A stretch of 64,000 nucleotides of DNA from Candidatus Levybacteria bacterium RIFCSPLOWO2_12_FULL_41_12 (GTDB taxonomy: Bacteria; Patescibacteriota; Microgenomatia; Levybacterales; UBA12049). The notes under the pieces were generated by a model. That model did not search any database. It was given only the letters and a program-made list of their open reading frames with translations, and was not told the DNA's origin. A program made the translations under genes and the position numbers. The stretch is from contig MFPL01000007.1 in NCBI GenBank assembly GCA_001784155.1, positions 10,101 to 74,100 of the forward strand, written 5' to 3'. Shown here one piece after another: positions 55,446 to 63,374 of the stretch (position 1 is the first letter of the stretch; every line of letters begins with the position of its first letter).

Positions 55446-56524
55446 AGATCGTAATTTTTGCAGGAGGAGTAGGAACAAGGCTTTGGCCGCTTTCAAGGAA
55501 AAGTACCCCCAAGCAGTTTGAGAAAATAGTAGGAGATAAGTCTACCCTTCAGTTAGCGGTTGACAGACTCAAGCCCAGCATTAAGCCTCGGGACATATAC
55601 ATAGCTACAGGGAAAAAGTACGAAAAAATAGTTCGCGCTCATCTTCCCCAGATTCCTGCGAAAAACTTTATTTTCGAGCCAGAAATGAGAGACGTTGGTC
55701 CTGCGGTAGGAGTTGCTATGGGAATTGTCGGAAAAGACAATCCCAACTCTCCTGTTGCGATTATTTGGAGCGACCATTTTGTCAAGAAGGAAAGAAGATT
55801 TCGGGAGGTTCTGAGCTTTGCAGAAGAACTGGTAATAAAAGACAAAAATTCGCTAGTTTTTATGGGACAGCGCGCCCGTTTTGCAAATCAGAATTTAGGG
55901 TGGATAGAGTTTGCAGAAGAAATTGACGATATTCACGGTACAAAAGTTTTCAGATTCAAGAAGCTTATATACAGGCCAAGTCTGGAGGATGCTGAAAGAT
56001 TTTTAGAAAGTCAGACATATGCCTGGAACCCTGGGTATTTCGTTACAACTCCGCAGTTTCTCCTGTCACAATACGAAAAATTCACTCCCGTACTTTGGAA
56101 AGGAATAATGCAAATCCAAGAAGCAGTAGGGCAGGGAAACTACGAAAAGGTTTTAAAAGAAGTTTATCCGAAATTCGAAAAAATAAGTTTTGACAATGCG
56201 ATTCTTGAGAAAATGGATCCTAGTCAAGTGTCGGTTATTGCTGCGGATTTGGGGTGGAGCGATGTAGGGGCATGGGAAGCTTTGAAGGAAGCTCTTCAGG
56301 TTTCTGAAAAAGAAAACGTTACGAGGGGGAAAGTTCTTCTTGAAGACTCATCTGACAATTTGGTTTTCAATTACACAGACCAGCTGGTGGTAGGCCTAGA
56401 CCTTGAGGAGACAATCGTTATAAATACAGATGACGTTATACTGGTTTGTCCTAAAAAGTCTGTACCAAAGATTAAAAAGTTGGTAGAGAGCCTAACTGGT
56501 ACTCCCCTCGAACATTTAACCTGA
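55442..56524 (+). CDS. manC: Mannose-1-phosphate guanylyltransferase (nucleotidyltransferase domain only)
   Basis: MKIVIFAGGVGTRLWPLSRKSTPKQF typical ManC/CpsB N-terminus. 360 aa, no isomerase domain. Confidence 0.7.
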   Translation: MKIVIFAGGVGTRLWPLSRKSTPKQFEKIVGDKSTLQLAVDRLKPSIKPRDIYIATGKKYEKIVRAHLPQIPAKNFIFEPEMRDVGPAVGVAMGIVGKDNPNSPVAIIWSDHFVKKERRFREVLSFAEELVIKDKNSLVFMGQRARFANQNLGWIEFAEEIDDIHGTKVFRFKKLIYRPSLEDAERFLESQTYAWNPGYFVTTPQFLLSQYEKFTPVLWKGIMQIQEAVGQGNYEKVLKEVYPKFEKISFDNAILEKMDPSQVSVIAADLGWSDVGAWEALKEALQVSEKENVTRGKVLLEDSSDNLVFNYTDQLVVGLDLEETIVINTDDVILVCPKKSVPKIKKLVESLTGTPLEHLT

Positions 56525-56528
56525 AGCT

Positions 56529-57194
56529 ATGCCGTACGTTGAGATAAAAAAAAGCAGGGCTTACGAGTGGATCAAGCGAATTTTGGATATTTCTCTTTCC
56601 GCTTTTCTTTTGCTGCTTTTTCTTCCAATTGTCTTGTGCGTTGCCATAGCTATAAAAATTGATTCAAAGGGCCCGATTCTCGCTGATACTCCCGAGAGAG
56701 TTGGAAAAAACGGAAGTCTTTTTAAAATGTATAAATTCCGCTCGATGGTAGAGAATGCTCATGAGATTCTTCGTGAAAACCCGAAATTTGCGACACTTTA
56801 CAGCGAATATAAAAGGGGAAGTTATAAGCTTAAAGATGATCCAAGGATAACCTGGATGGGGCATTTCATTAGAAAGCACTCGCTTGACGAGGTCCCGCAG
56901 CTCCTGAATATCCTAAAAGGTGAAATGAGTCTCGTTGGACCCAGAGCCTATTATCCTGATGAACTGCGAGAACAGCAAAAGAAATATCCTAACACTAGGG
57001 ACGCTGTAAAAATAGTTTTATCAGTAAGGCCTGGTCTTACAGGGTATTGGCAGGTTTCAGGAAGATCTGAGATCAATTTTGATAAAAGGATTGAAATGGA
57101 CGCTACATATGTAAGGAAGAGATCAATTCTGTACGATCTTCTTATAATCCTTAAAACCCCTTGGGCCATGATCTCAGGTAAAGGCGCCCTCTAG
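56529..57194 (+). CDS. Polyprenyl-phosphate sugar-1-phosphate transferase (PglC/WbaP C-terminal-domain type 'bacterial sugar transferase')
   Basis: One N-terminal TM helix. KGPILADTPERVGKNGSLFKMYKFRSM....DEVPQLLNILKGEMSLVGPRA. Small monotopic PglC-like form. Confidence 0.85.
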   Translation: MPYVEIKKSRAYEWIKRILDISLSAFLLLLFLPIVLCVAIAIKIDSKGPILADTPERVGKNGSLFKMYKFRSMVENAHEILRENPKFATLYSEYKRGSYKLKDDPRITWMGHFIRKHSLDEVPQLLNILKGEMSLVGPRAYYPDELREQQKKYPNTRDAVKIVLSVRPGLTGYWQVSGRSEINFDKRIEMDATYVRKRSILYDLLIILKTPWAMISGKGAL

Positions 57195-57217
57195 GTTTGA
57201 TTTAGCCTAAGTTCCAT

Positions 57218-57247
57218 TTGACACAGCTTTGATTTACCTAGTATCAT
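57218..57247 (+). promoter_or_regulatory. Sigma70-like promoter (TTGACA-18 nt-TATCAT) directly abutting the start codon of the next gene
   Basis: ttgacacagctttgatttacctagtatcat, then atattgATGGATGG. ATG at 57254 is 7 nt after the -10 element, so the transcript is leaderless or near-leaderless. Confidence 0.4.
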
Positions 57248-57250
57248 ATA

Positions 57251-59227
57251 TTGATGGATGGATTTCAAAAAATTGAACTCACTTCGCCTAAGAAGGAAGA
57301 CTCGTTGTCCCCTGAAGATTCAAGCGTAGTTACAAACCCAAACAAGAAAAGCAGGCTTCACTTTTTGAGAGGCAAAAGGTTTAGGATTGGGCTCGTGGTC
57401 TTCATTCTCATATTTTTGATAGGAATTATCCTTCCAGGATTTTTGGCCTACGCCTCTGCTAAAAAGACCTATGCTCAGCTCAACGCTACACTCTATGCTC
57501 TAAAACAGCAAAACATTGAATTGGCATCTACGGAAATGGATAAGACCAGGGAAAGCCTTAAAGACACGCAAAGAAAAGTAAATTTTTTAGTTGTTTTGCG
57601 AGTTATCCCATTTGTTAGCAATTATTATGGTGATGCTCGTCATGCGCTCGTTGCGGGAGAGCATTTTGTAGAAGCCGGAGATATTTTAATTGAATCTATT
57701 AAGCCTTACGCCGATGTCCTGGGTCTTAAAGGTCAGGGAAGTTTTGTAGGAGGGTCTGCCGAACTTCGAATAGAAACAGCTGTAAAAACTATGGATAAGG
57801 TAACACCTAAAATCGATGAGATTGCGGAAGAATTGACTCTTGCAAAAGCGGAAATGGATTACATAGACCCTGATGACTACCCCTCATTTTTGGCTGGGGG
57901 AAAAGTTAAAAAGCAGCTTGCTCAAATGATAAAGCTGACAGATAACGGAGTAACTTTAGTCAATGACGCAAAGCCCCTGATTAAGGTTTTGCCAAGTCTT
58001 CTGGGAGAGCCTGATGAGAAAAAATACCTTATTATTTTCCAAAACGACAAAGAGCTTCGACCTACAGGAGGATTTCTTACGGCATATTCAATTTTTACAC
58101 TTGAGCACGGCCTAATTCATGTTAGCGGCTCAAACAATATTTACACACTTGATGCAACGGTAAGAGAAAAAAAACCTGCTCCTGAGCCTCTGAAGAGCCT
58201 ACTCAAGCAACCCGTTTTAAACATAAGAGACAGTAATCTTTCTCCAGATTTTGTCAAGTCTATGGAAGTTTTTTCAGAAATGTATGAGAATTCCTCAAGC
58301 TTTCAAGAAGTTGACGGAATAATAGCAGTCGATACGCACGCTTTAATAGCAGCAATAAATATTCTAGGAGACATTGAGGTCGATGGAACCCGTTTTACTG
58401 CTAAAACCGATCCAAGATGCGATTGTCCTCAGGCGATTTACCAATTAGAAGCTATCTCAAGCACTCCTATTCAGGCAGATTTTAGGTACGTTGATGTTAA
58501 TGCTGTTAACGCAGCAAGAAAAAATATAATAGGAGACTTGATGTATGCTATTTTAAACAAGGCTTTCTCCTCGTCCCCTAAGATTTACTGGGGTCCTCTT
58601 TTTCAGGAAATGCTGTCCCAGGTAAATGAAAAACACATAATGTTTTATCTTTACAATAAAGAGGCTCAGAAGGGAATCGATACGGTCAACGCCTCTGGTA
58701 GAATTAAGAATTTTGATGGAGACTACCTCCACATAAATGAGGCAAATTTCGGAGGGGCCAAATCAAATCTTTTCGTAACGCAAAAAGTTGAGCAGGAATA
58801 TGCTATCAAAAAAGACAAAACCATAGAAAAAACTCTGACCATAACTTATAAAAATCCTTTCCCTCAATCAGACTGTAATTTGGAAAGAGGAGGGCTTTGT
58901 CTCAACGCACCCCTTAAGGATTGGTACCGCATCTATGTGCCGGAAGGCTCAAGACTCGTTTCGGTTACCGGTTCACAATCCAAAGAAGATCCTTATAAAG
59001 AATTGGGCAAAACCGTTTTTGAAGGATTTTTGGAGATAAGGCCTCAGGGGGCTCGAGTTCTTAAGGTTAAATACGCTCTTCCGTTCAAGGCAGATAAAAA
59101 AAATCCAATCAGGCTTATGATCCAAAAGCAGCCGGGAACCGATGGGGATGAGCACACGATACTACTCAACGGTAGGGAAGTCGAAAAGTTTATTTTGAAA
59201 AGCGACAAAACAATAAGCGTTGAATAG
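57251..59227 (+). CDS. N-terminally membrane-anchored extracytoplasmic hypothetical protein (possibly DUF4012-like, polysaccharide-associated)
   Basis: Single TM (IGLVVFILIFLIGIILPGFLAYA) then about 590 hydrophilic aa. Likely real start is ATG 57254 (MDGFQK). Family assignment is from memory only. Confidence 0.4.
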   Translation: MMDGFQKIELTSPKKEDSLSPEDSSVVTNPNKKSRLHFLRGKRFRIGLVVFILIFLIGIILPGFLAYASAKKTYAQLNATLYALKQQNIELASTEMDKTRESLKDTQRKVNFLVVLRVIPFVSNYYGDARHALVAGEHFVEAGDILIESIKPYADVLGLKGQGSFVGGSAELRIETAVKTMDKVTPKIDEIAEELTLAKAEMDYIDPDDYPSFLAGGKVKKQLAQMIKLTDNGVTLVNDAKPLIKVLPSLLGEPDEKKYLIIFQNDKELRPTGGFLTAYSIFTLEHGLIHVSGSNNIYTLDATVREKKPAPEPLKSLLKQPVLNIRDSNLSPDFVKSMEVFSEMYENSSSFQEVDGIIAVDTHALIAAINILGDIEVDGTRFTAKTDPRCDCPQAIYQLEAISSTPIQADFRYVDVNAVNAARKNIIGDLMYAILNKAFSSSPKIYWGPLFQEMLSQVNEKHIMFYLYNKEAQKGIDTVNASGRIKNFDGDYLHINEANFGGAKSNLFVTQKVEQEYAIKKDKTIEKTLTITYKNPFPQSDCNLERGGLCLNAPLKDWYRIYVPEGSRLVSVTGSQSKEDPYKELGKTVFEGFLEIRPQGARVLKVKYALPFKADKKNPIRLMIQKQPGTDGDEHTILLNGREVEKFILKSDKTISVE

Positions 59228-59236
59228 TTTCTCAAT

Positions 59237-59779
59237 ATGCGGTCTACAAAAATTGAAGGAATAGTTATAAAAAGGATAAGCCTTTTTGATTCGGATAGAA
59301 TTATTACGGTTTTTACGAAGCACAGGGGTAAGTTAAGCATCAAGGCGCCCGGAGTCAGAAAGATAACTAGCAGAAGAGGTGCGCACATCGAGCTTCTCAA
59401 TAAATCCTCCCTATCGCTTTATGAAGGAAGAAAAATGCTTATCCTCACGGAAGCCGCGACTATTCATTCTTTCCCTTCTATAAAAAAAGATCTCAAGAAG
59501 ACAGGGCTTGCTTTTTATATATGCGAGCTCGTAAATGAACTATGCCCTGAGCACCAGGAAAATAGGAGCATATATTATCTTTTGGAAAAGACGCTTAGGA
59601 GGCTTGAGGATGGAGACTTACACGATGACATTATTTATGAGTTTGAGCTGAATCTTCTGACTCTTTTGGGTTTTTGGCCCCCCCAGAAGAACCTTCCCGC
59701 AAAAAGCACACAATTCGTCATAGAGGGGATTTTGGAAAAAAAACTTAAAACTACAAGAATCCTTCCTCTTTTAGCATAA
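59237..59779 (+). CDS. recO: DNA repair protein RecO (short form)
   Basis: IEGIVIKRISLFDSDRIITVFTKHRGKLSIKAPGVRK OB-fold N-terminus typical of RecO. 180 aa is short but compatible with reduced genomes. Contains a C7 run at 59678..59684. Confidence 0.55.
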   Translation: MRSTKIEGIVIKRISLFDSDRIITVFTKHRGKLSIKAPGVRKITSRRGAHIELLNKSSLSLYEGRKMLILTEAATIHSFPSIKKDLKKTGLAFYICELVNELCPEHQENRSIYYLLEKTLRRLEDGDLHDDIIYEFELNLLTLLGFWPPQKNLPAKSTQFVIEGILEKKLKTTRILPLLA

Positions 59780-59806
59780 TCATTTAAATTTTGTTATCAT
59801 AAAGCT

Positions 59807-61114
59807 ATGAATAACGACGCTCTGATGGAGAAACTTGTCGCACTTTGCAAAAGGCGGGGTTTTATTTTTCCCGGATCAGAAATTTACGGAGGCCTTACGG
59901 GCACATGGGACTACGGACCTTTGGGAGCCCTACTCAAACAAAACATAAAACAAGAGTGGTGGAAATCGATGGTTCAGCTCAGATCAGACGTTGTAGGAGT
60001 TGACGCGGCGATCATGATGAACCCGGAAGTTTGGAAAGCGTCAGGGCATTTGGAAGCGTTTACAGACCCATTAGTTGAGTGTATGGCTTGCCATTCCAGA
60101 TTTCGGGCAGACAAAAAAGAAGAGATCGAGATTCACGAAAAAACTCATAACGAAAAAGTTGAATGGACAAACCCTAAAAAGTTTAATCTTTTGGTTGAGG
60201 CAAAGCTGGGAGTCATTGAGGGTGAAAAGCAAACTGTTTACCTGCGTGGTGAAATAACTCAAGGTGTTTTTGTAAATTTTGAAAATGTAGTTTCATCTAC
60301 CAGGGTTAAAATCCCCTTTGGAATAGCACAGATCGGGAAAGCCTTTAGAAATGAAATAACGCCTGGCAATTTTACTTATAGAAGCCGTGAGTTTGAACAG
60401 ATGGAGCTTGAATTTTTTGTTCGCCCGGAAGACAAAGAGGGGAATAAGTGGTTTGATTATTGGAAAAAAGAGAGAATGAGTTGGTATGTTTCCTTGGGTT
60501 TCAATAAGGAGAAGCTTAGATTTCGAAAGCATGAGGATGACGAGCGCGCCCATTATGCCAAGTTTGCAGAAGATATAGAGTATGATGCCCCCTTCGGATG
60601 GTCCGAGTTTGAGGGAATACACCACAGGGGAGATTGGGATCTTTCTCGCCATAAACTTTCATATACAGACGAAAATGGCGAAAAGCTTGTACCGTGGGTG
60701 ATTGAAACATCAGGAGGTGTAGACAGATCGCTTCTTTTCTTTTTGCTTGATAGCTATAAAGACGATCCTTCGACGAGCTCAGGACAAGCTAGAACTGTTT
60801 TAAAACTCCATCCAAGGCTTGCTCCCTACAAAGTGGCGGTGTTTCCTCTGCTGGCAAACAAAGAAGAACTCGTCAAAAAGGCACAAGGAATTTATAACGA
60901 TTTGAAGCCTCAGTTTATGACAGCGTGGGACGCGCGGGGAAATATAGGAAAACGCTATCTTTCGCAGGATGAGGCAGGAACTCCGTGGTGTGTGACGGTA
61001 GACTTCCAAACCCTGGAAGATGACACTGTTACTGTCCGCGACCGCGATACGGCCAAACAGGAAAGAGTAAAAATAGAACGCCTCGCAGGTTATATCTCCA
61101 ATAAGCTATCTTGA
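59807..61114 (+). CDS. glyS: Glycine--tRNA ligase (alpha2 dimeric, archaeal/eukaryal-type class II)
   Basis: FIFPGSEIYGGLTGTWDYGPLGALLKQNI..EWW N-terminus. Class II motifs. Anticodon-binding C-terminus. Confidence 0.85.
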   Translation: MNNDALMEKLVALCKRRGFIFPGSEIYGGLTGTWDYGPLGALLKQNIKQEWWKSMVQLRSDVVGVDAAIMMNPEVWKASGHLEAFTDPLVECMACHSRFRADKKEEIEIHEKTHNEKVEWTNPKKFNLLVEAKLGVIEGEKQTVYLRGEITQGVFVNFENVVSSTRVKIPFGIAQIGKAFRNEITPGNFTYRSREFEQMELEFFVRPEDKEGNKWFDYWKKERMSWYVSLGFNKEKLRFRKHEDDERAHYAKFAEDIEYDAPFGWSEFEGIHHRGDWDLSRHKLSYTDENGEKLVPWVIETSGGVDRSLLFFLLDSYKDDPSTSSGQARTVLKLHPRLAPYKVAVFPLLANKEELVKKAQGIYNDLKPQFMTAWDARGNIGKRYLSQDEAGTPWCVTVDFQTLEDDTVTVRDRDTAKQERVKIERLAGYISNKLS

Positions 61115-61160
61115 CAAGCAGTGAGCAATCTGACTATATTTATAAGGGAAGCTAGATTTG
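61111..61160 (+). promoter_or_regulatory. Sigma70-like promoter (TTGACA-18 nt-TATATT) plus AAGGGA Shine-Dalgarno and TTG start of the IMPDH-family gene
   Basis: ttgacaagcagtgagcaatctgactatatt. Then tataagggaagctagaTTG. The -35 element overlaps the glyS stop codon. Confidence 0.4.
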
Positions 61161-62276
61161 AAGCAAATAAAGGTCGGTCTTTCTTATAACGACGTTTTAC
61201 TAATTCCACAATATTCAAGCATAAAATCTCGATCAGAGGTCGATCTCTCCACAAAAATTACTCCAGACATTTCCCTAAAATTCCCACTTATTGCAGCTAA
61301 CATGGACACGGTAACTGGAGTTGAAATGGCTGTCGCCATATATAAGCTTGGAGGCATGAGCTATATTGGCCGATTTGATGAGCCCGAAATTCAGGCAAAT
61401 AAAATTGCAGAAATTAGAAAAAAAGGCGGAGAATCAATAGGAGTAATAGGGGTAAAAGGAGATTATCTAGATAGGGCCGAGAAACTTCTTAAAGCAGGTT
61501 CTTTGGCACTCCACTTGGACATTGCCCATGCCCATTCAGCACACGCTTTGGAGGTAATAAAAAACTGCAAGAAGCGCTTTCCCAAGGCTTCAATGATTGC
61601 CGGAACTGTGGCTACCTATGGAGGAGCATATGATCTATTTAAAGCTGGAGCGGATTCGGTGAAAGTCGGAATTGGCGCCGGTTCAATTTGTATTACAAGA
61701 ATAAATGCAGGCTCGGGGGTTCCTCAAATTACCGCAATTATGGAGGCGGCGCGAGCAAAGAAAAAGTTCAAAAATAAGTTTATTATTGCAGATGGTGGGG
61801 CTTCAAATCCTGGAGATGTTGTTAAGGCGCTTGCTGCAGGAGCGGATGCTTACGAAGGGGGTTCTTGGTGCGCAGGAGCAGATGAAGCACCTGGAGATAT
61901 TGTTGAGGTTAATGGAGAGCGTTTTAAGGAATACAACGGATCCACTTCTTTGTCCGAAAAAAAAAGACAGCTTCAGAAAGACGGGAACCATAAAAAAAAT
62001 GACTACGTTCTTCATGTTGAAGGAGTGGAGGGCATGATGAAATCTAGGGGACCGTTAAAAAGCATAGTAGATCAATATTCAGCGGGGGTTAGATCGGGGT
62101 TAAGCTACTCCGGAGCAAGAAATATAAAAGAGCTCTGGAGAAAAGCACAGTTTATACAAATTACAGCAGCAGGATTTAGAGAAAGCCAGGCTCATACAGT
62201 GGTGCTTCGAGAGACTACCCAGGAAAGAGTTAAAAGACCTCATCTTGACAAGGATCTATTTTATAACCTATCCTAA
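61158..62276 (+). CDS. guaB: IMP dehydrogenase/GMP reductase-family protein lacking CBS domains
   Basis: [21 protein letters not shown]. Catalytic loop [11 protein letters not shown]. 372 aa with no CBS pair insert. TTG start. Confidence 0.75.
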   Translation: MKQIKVGLSYNDVLLIPQYSSIKSRSEVDLSTKITPDISLKFPLIAANMDTVTGVEMAVAIYKLGGMSYIGRFDEPEIQANKIAEIRKKGGESIGVIGVKGDYLDRAEKLLKAGSLALHLDIAHAHSAHALEVIKNCKKRFPKASMIAGTVATYGGAYDLFKAGADSVKVGIGAGSICITRINAGSGVPQITAIMEAARAKKKFKNKFIIADGGASNPGDVVKALAAGADAYEGGSWCAGADEAPGDIVEVNGERFKEYNGSTSLSEKKRQLQKDGNHKKNDYVLHVEGVEGMMKSRGPLKSIVDQYSAGVRSGLSYSGARNIKELWRKAQFIQITAAGFRESQAHTVVLRETTQERVKRPHLDKDLFYNLS

Positions 62277-62282
62277 TTTAAG

Positions 62283-62762
62283 ATGGAGATTTTGAAAGAC
62301 AAGAAGGTAATAGGTTTTCTCACTATAGCAGTAGTTCTCATCATAGGAGGAGCTGTTTTTGCTTTTATGAGGGGAGCGGGTAGATCTTCAACTCCTTCAG
62401 ACAACTTTGTGCAGGAAGAATTACCAATACTTACGCCTGAAGACATAGGACTTGAAGTTACGGTTAGACAAGACGGAAAAGCATTAATGTTTGAGGTTAC
62501 AAAAGCCGATGATATAGAGCGTATTGAATACGAGATTACTTATGAAAAGGAAATTGACGGGGAAGCAGTCTCGGAAGGATTATACGGGGAAATGAACATC
62601 GCAGTGGACGGAATTACTAAGACAGATTTTCGAGAGTTCGGAACGTGTTCTTCGGGAGTTTGTAGATACGATAAGGTAGTTTCAGATGTGAAAATCACTA
62701 TGAAGGTTACCAAAAAAGACGGAAAAGTATACCAGGTGGAAAAATCTGTCTCCTTGGAATAA
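62283..62762 (+). CDS. Small N-terminally anchored hypothetical protein
   Basis: One TM (VIGFLTIAVVLIIGGAVFAF) then a 120-aa hydrophilic domain. No recognisable motif. Confidence 0.4.
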   Translation: MEILKDKKVIGFLTIAVVLIIGGAVFAFMRGAGRSSTPSDNFVQEELPILTPEDIGLEVTVRQDGKALMFEVTKADDIERIEYEITYEKEIDGEAVSEGLYGEMNIAVDGITKTDFREFGTCSSGVCRYDKVVSDVKITMKVTKKDGKVYQVEKSVSLE

Positions 62763-62790
62763 AACCGCGAAAATCCTCTATAATAACTTT

Positions 62791-63336
62791 ATGCCGGAAT
62801 TTCAGGAAGCTACATTCGGTGGGGGATGCTTTTGGTGTACCGAGGCTGTTTTTAGACGGCTTATGGGTGTTTTGTCGGTAAAATCAGGCTACAGCGGTGG
62901 GGATATAGATGAACCCTCCTATGAGGCTGTCTCAGAGGGTTCTACGGGTCACGCAGAGGCAGTGTATATAACGTTTGATCCTACGGTAATTAGCTATGAT
63001 ACTTTACTTCAGGTTTTTTGGGCTACACATGATCCCACAACGCTAAATAGACAGGGAAACGACGTAGGAACACAGTATAGATCGGTAATTTTTTATCATA
63101 CGCCCAAACAAAAAGAAGAGGCTGAAAAGTCTAAAACCGAACACCAAAAAGAATTCAAAGATAAAATAGTCACAGATATCTTACCGTTTGAAAAGTTCTA
63201 TACCGCTGAGGAACACCACCAGAACTATTATGATAGAAATCAAAGCTACCCTTACTGCTCAGCTATAATAGCCCCAAAAGTTCAAAAACTGCTCGATAAA
63301 TTCGGAGATAAAGTAAAAGAAGAATACAAAAAATAG
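62791..63336 (+). CDS. msrA: Peptide methionine sulfoxide reductase MsrA
   Basis: ATFGGGCFWCTEAVF active-site motif. 181 aa. TATAAT at 62779..62784, only 6 nt before the ATG. Confidence 0.9.
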   Translation: MPEFQEATFGGGCFWCTEAVFRRLMGVLSVKSGYSGGDIDEPSYEAVSEGSTGHAEAVYITFDPTVISYDTLLQVFWATHDPTTLNRQGNDVGTQYRSVIFYHTPKQKEEAEKSKTEHQKEFKDKIVTDILPFEKFYTAEEHHQNYYDRNQSYPYCSAIIAPKVQKLLDKFGDKVKEEYKK

Positions 63337-63339
63337 AAC

Positions 63340-63368
63340 TTGACTTCTAGGACTTATAGTGCTATAAA
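63340..63368 (+). promoter_or_regulatory. Sigma70-like promoter (TTGACT-17 nt-TATAAA) preceding the terminal partial ORF
   Basis: ttgacttctaggacttatagtgctataaa. GTG at 63375 lies 6 nt after the -10 element. Confidence 0.4.
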
Positions 63369-63374
63369 CTCGTC

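Noticed and set aside
60750-60800. The peptide DDPSTSSGQARTV inside glyS looked like a possible translated repeat element or insertion.
   Set aside because: It is in frame within the conserved anticodon-binding region of the alpha2-type GlyRS. The DNA shows no repeat structure. It is most simply a lineage-specific loop.
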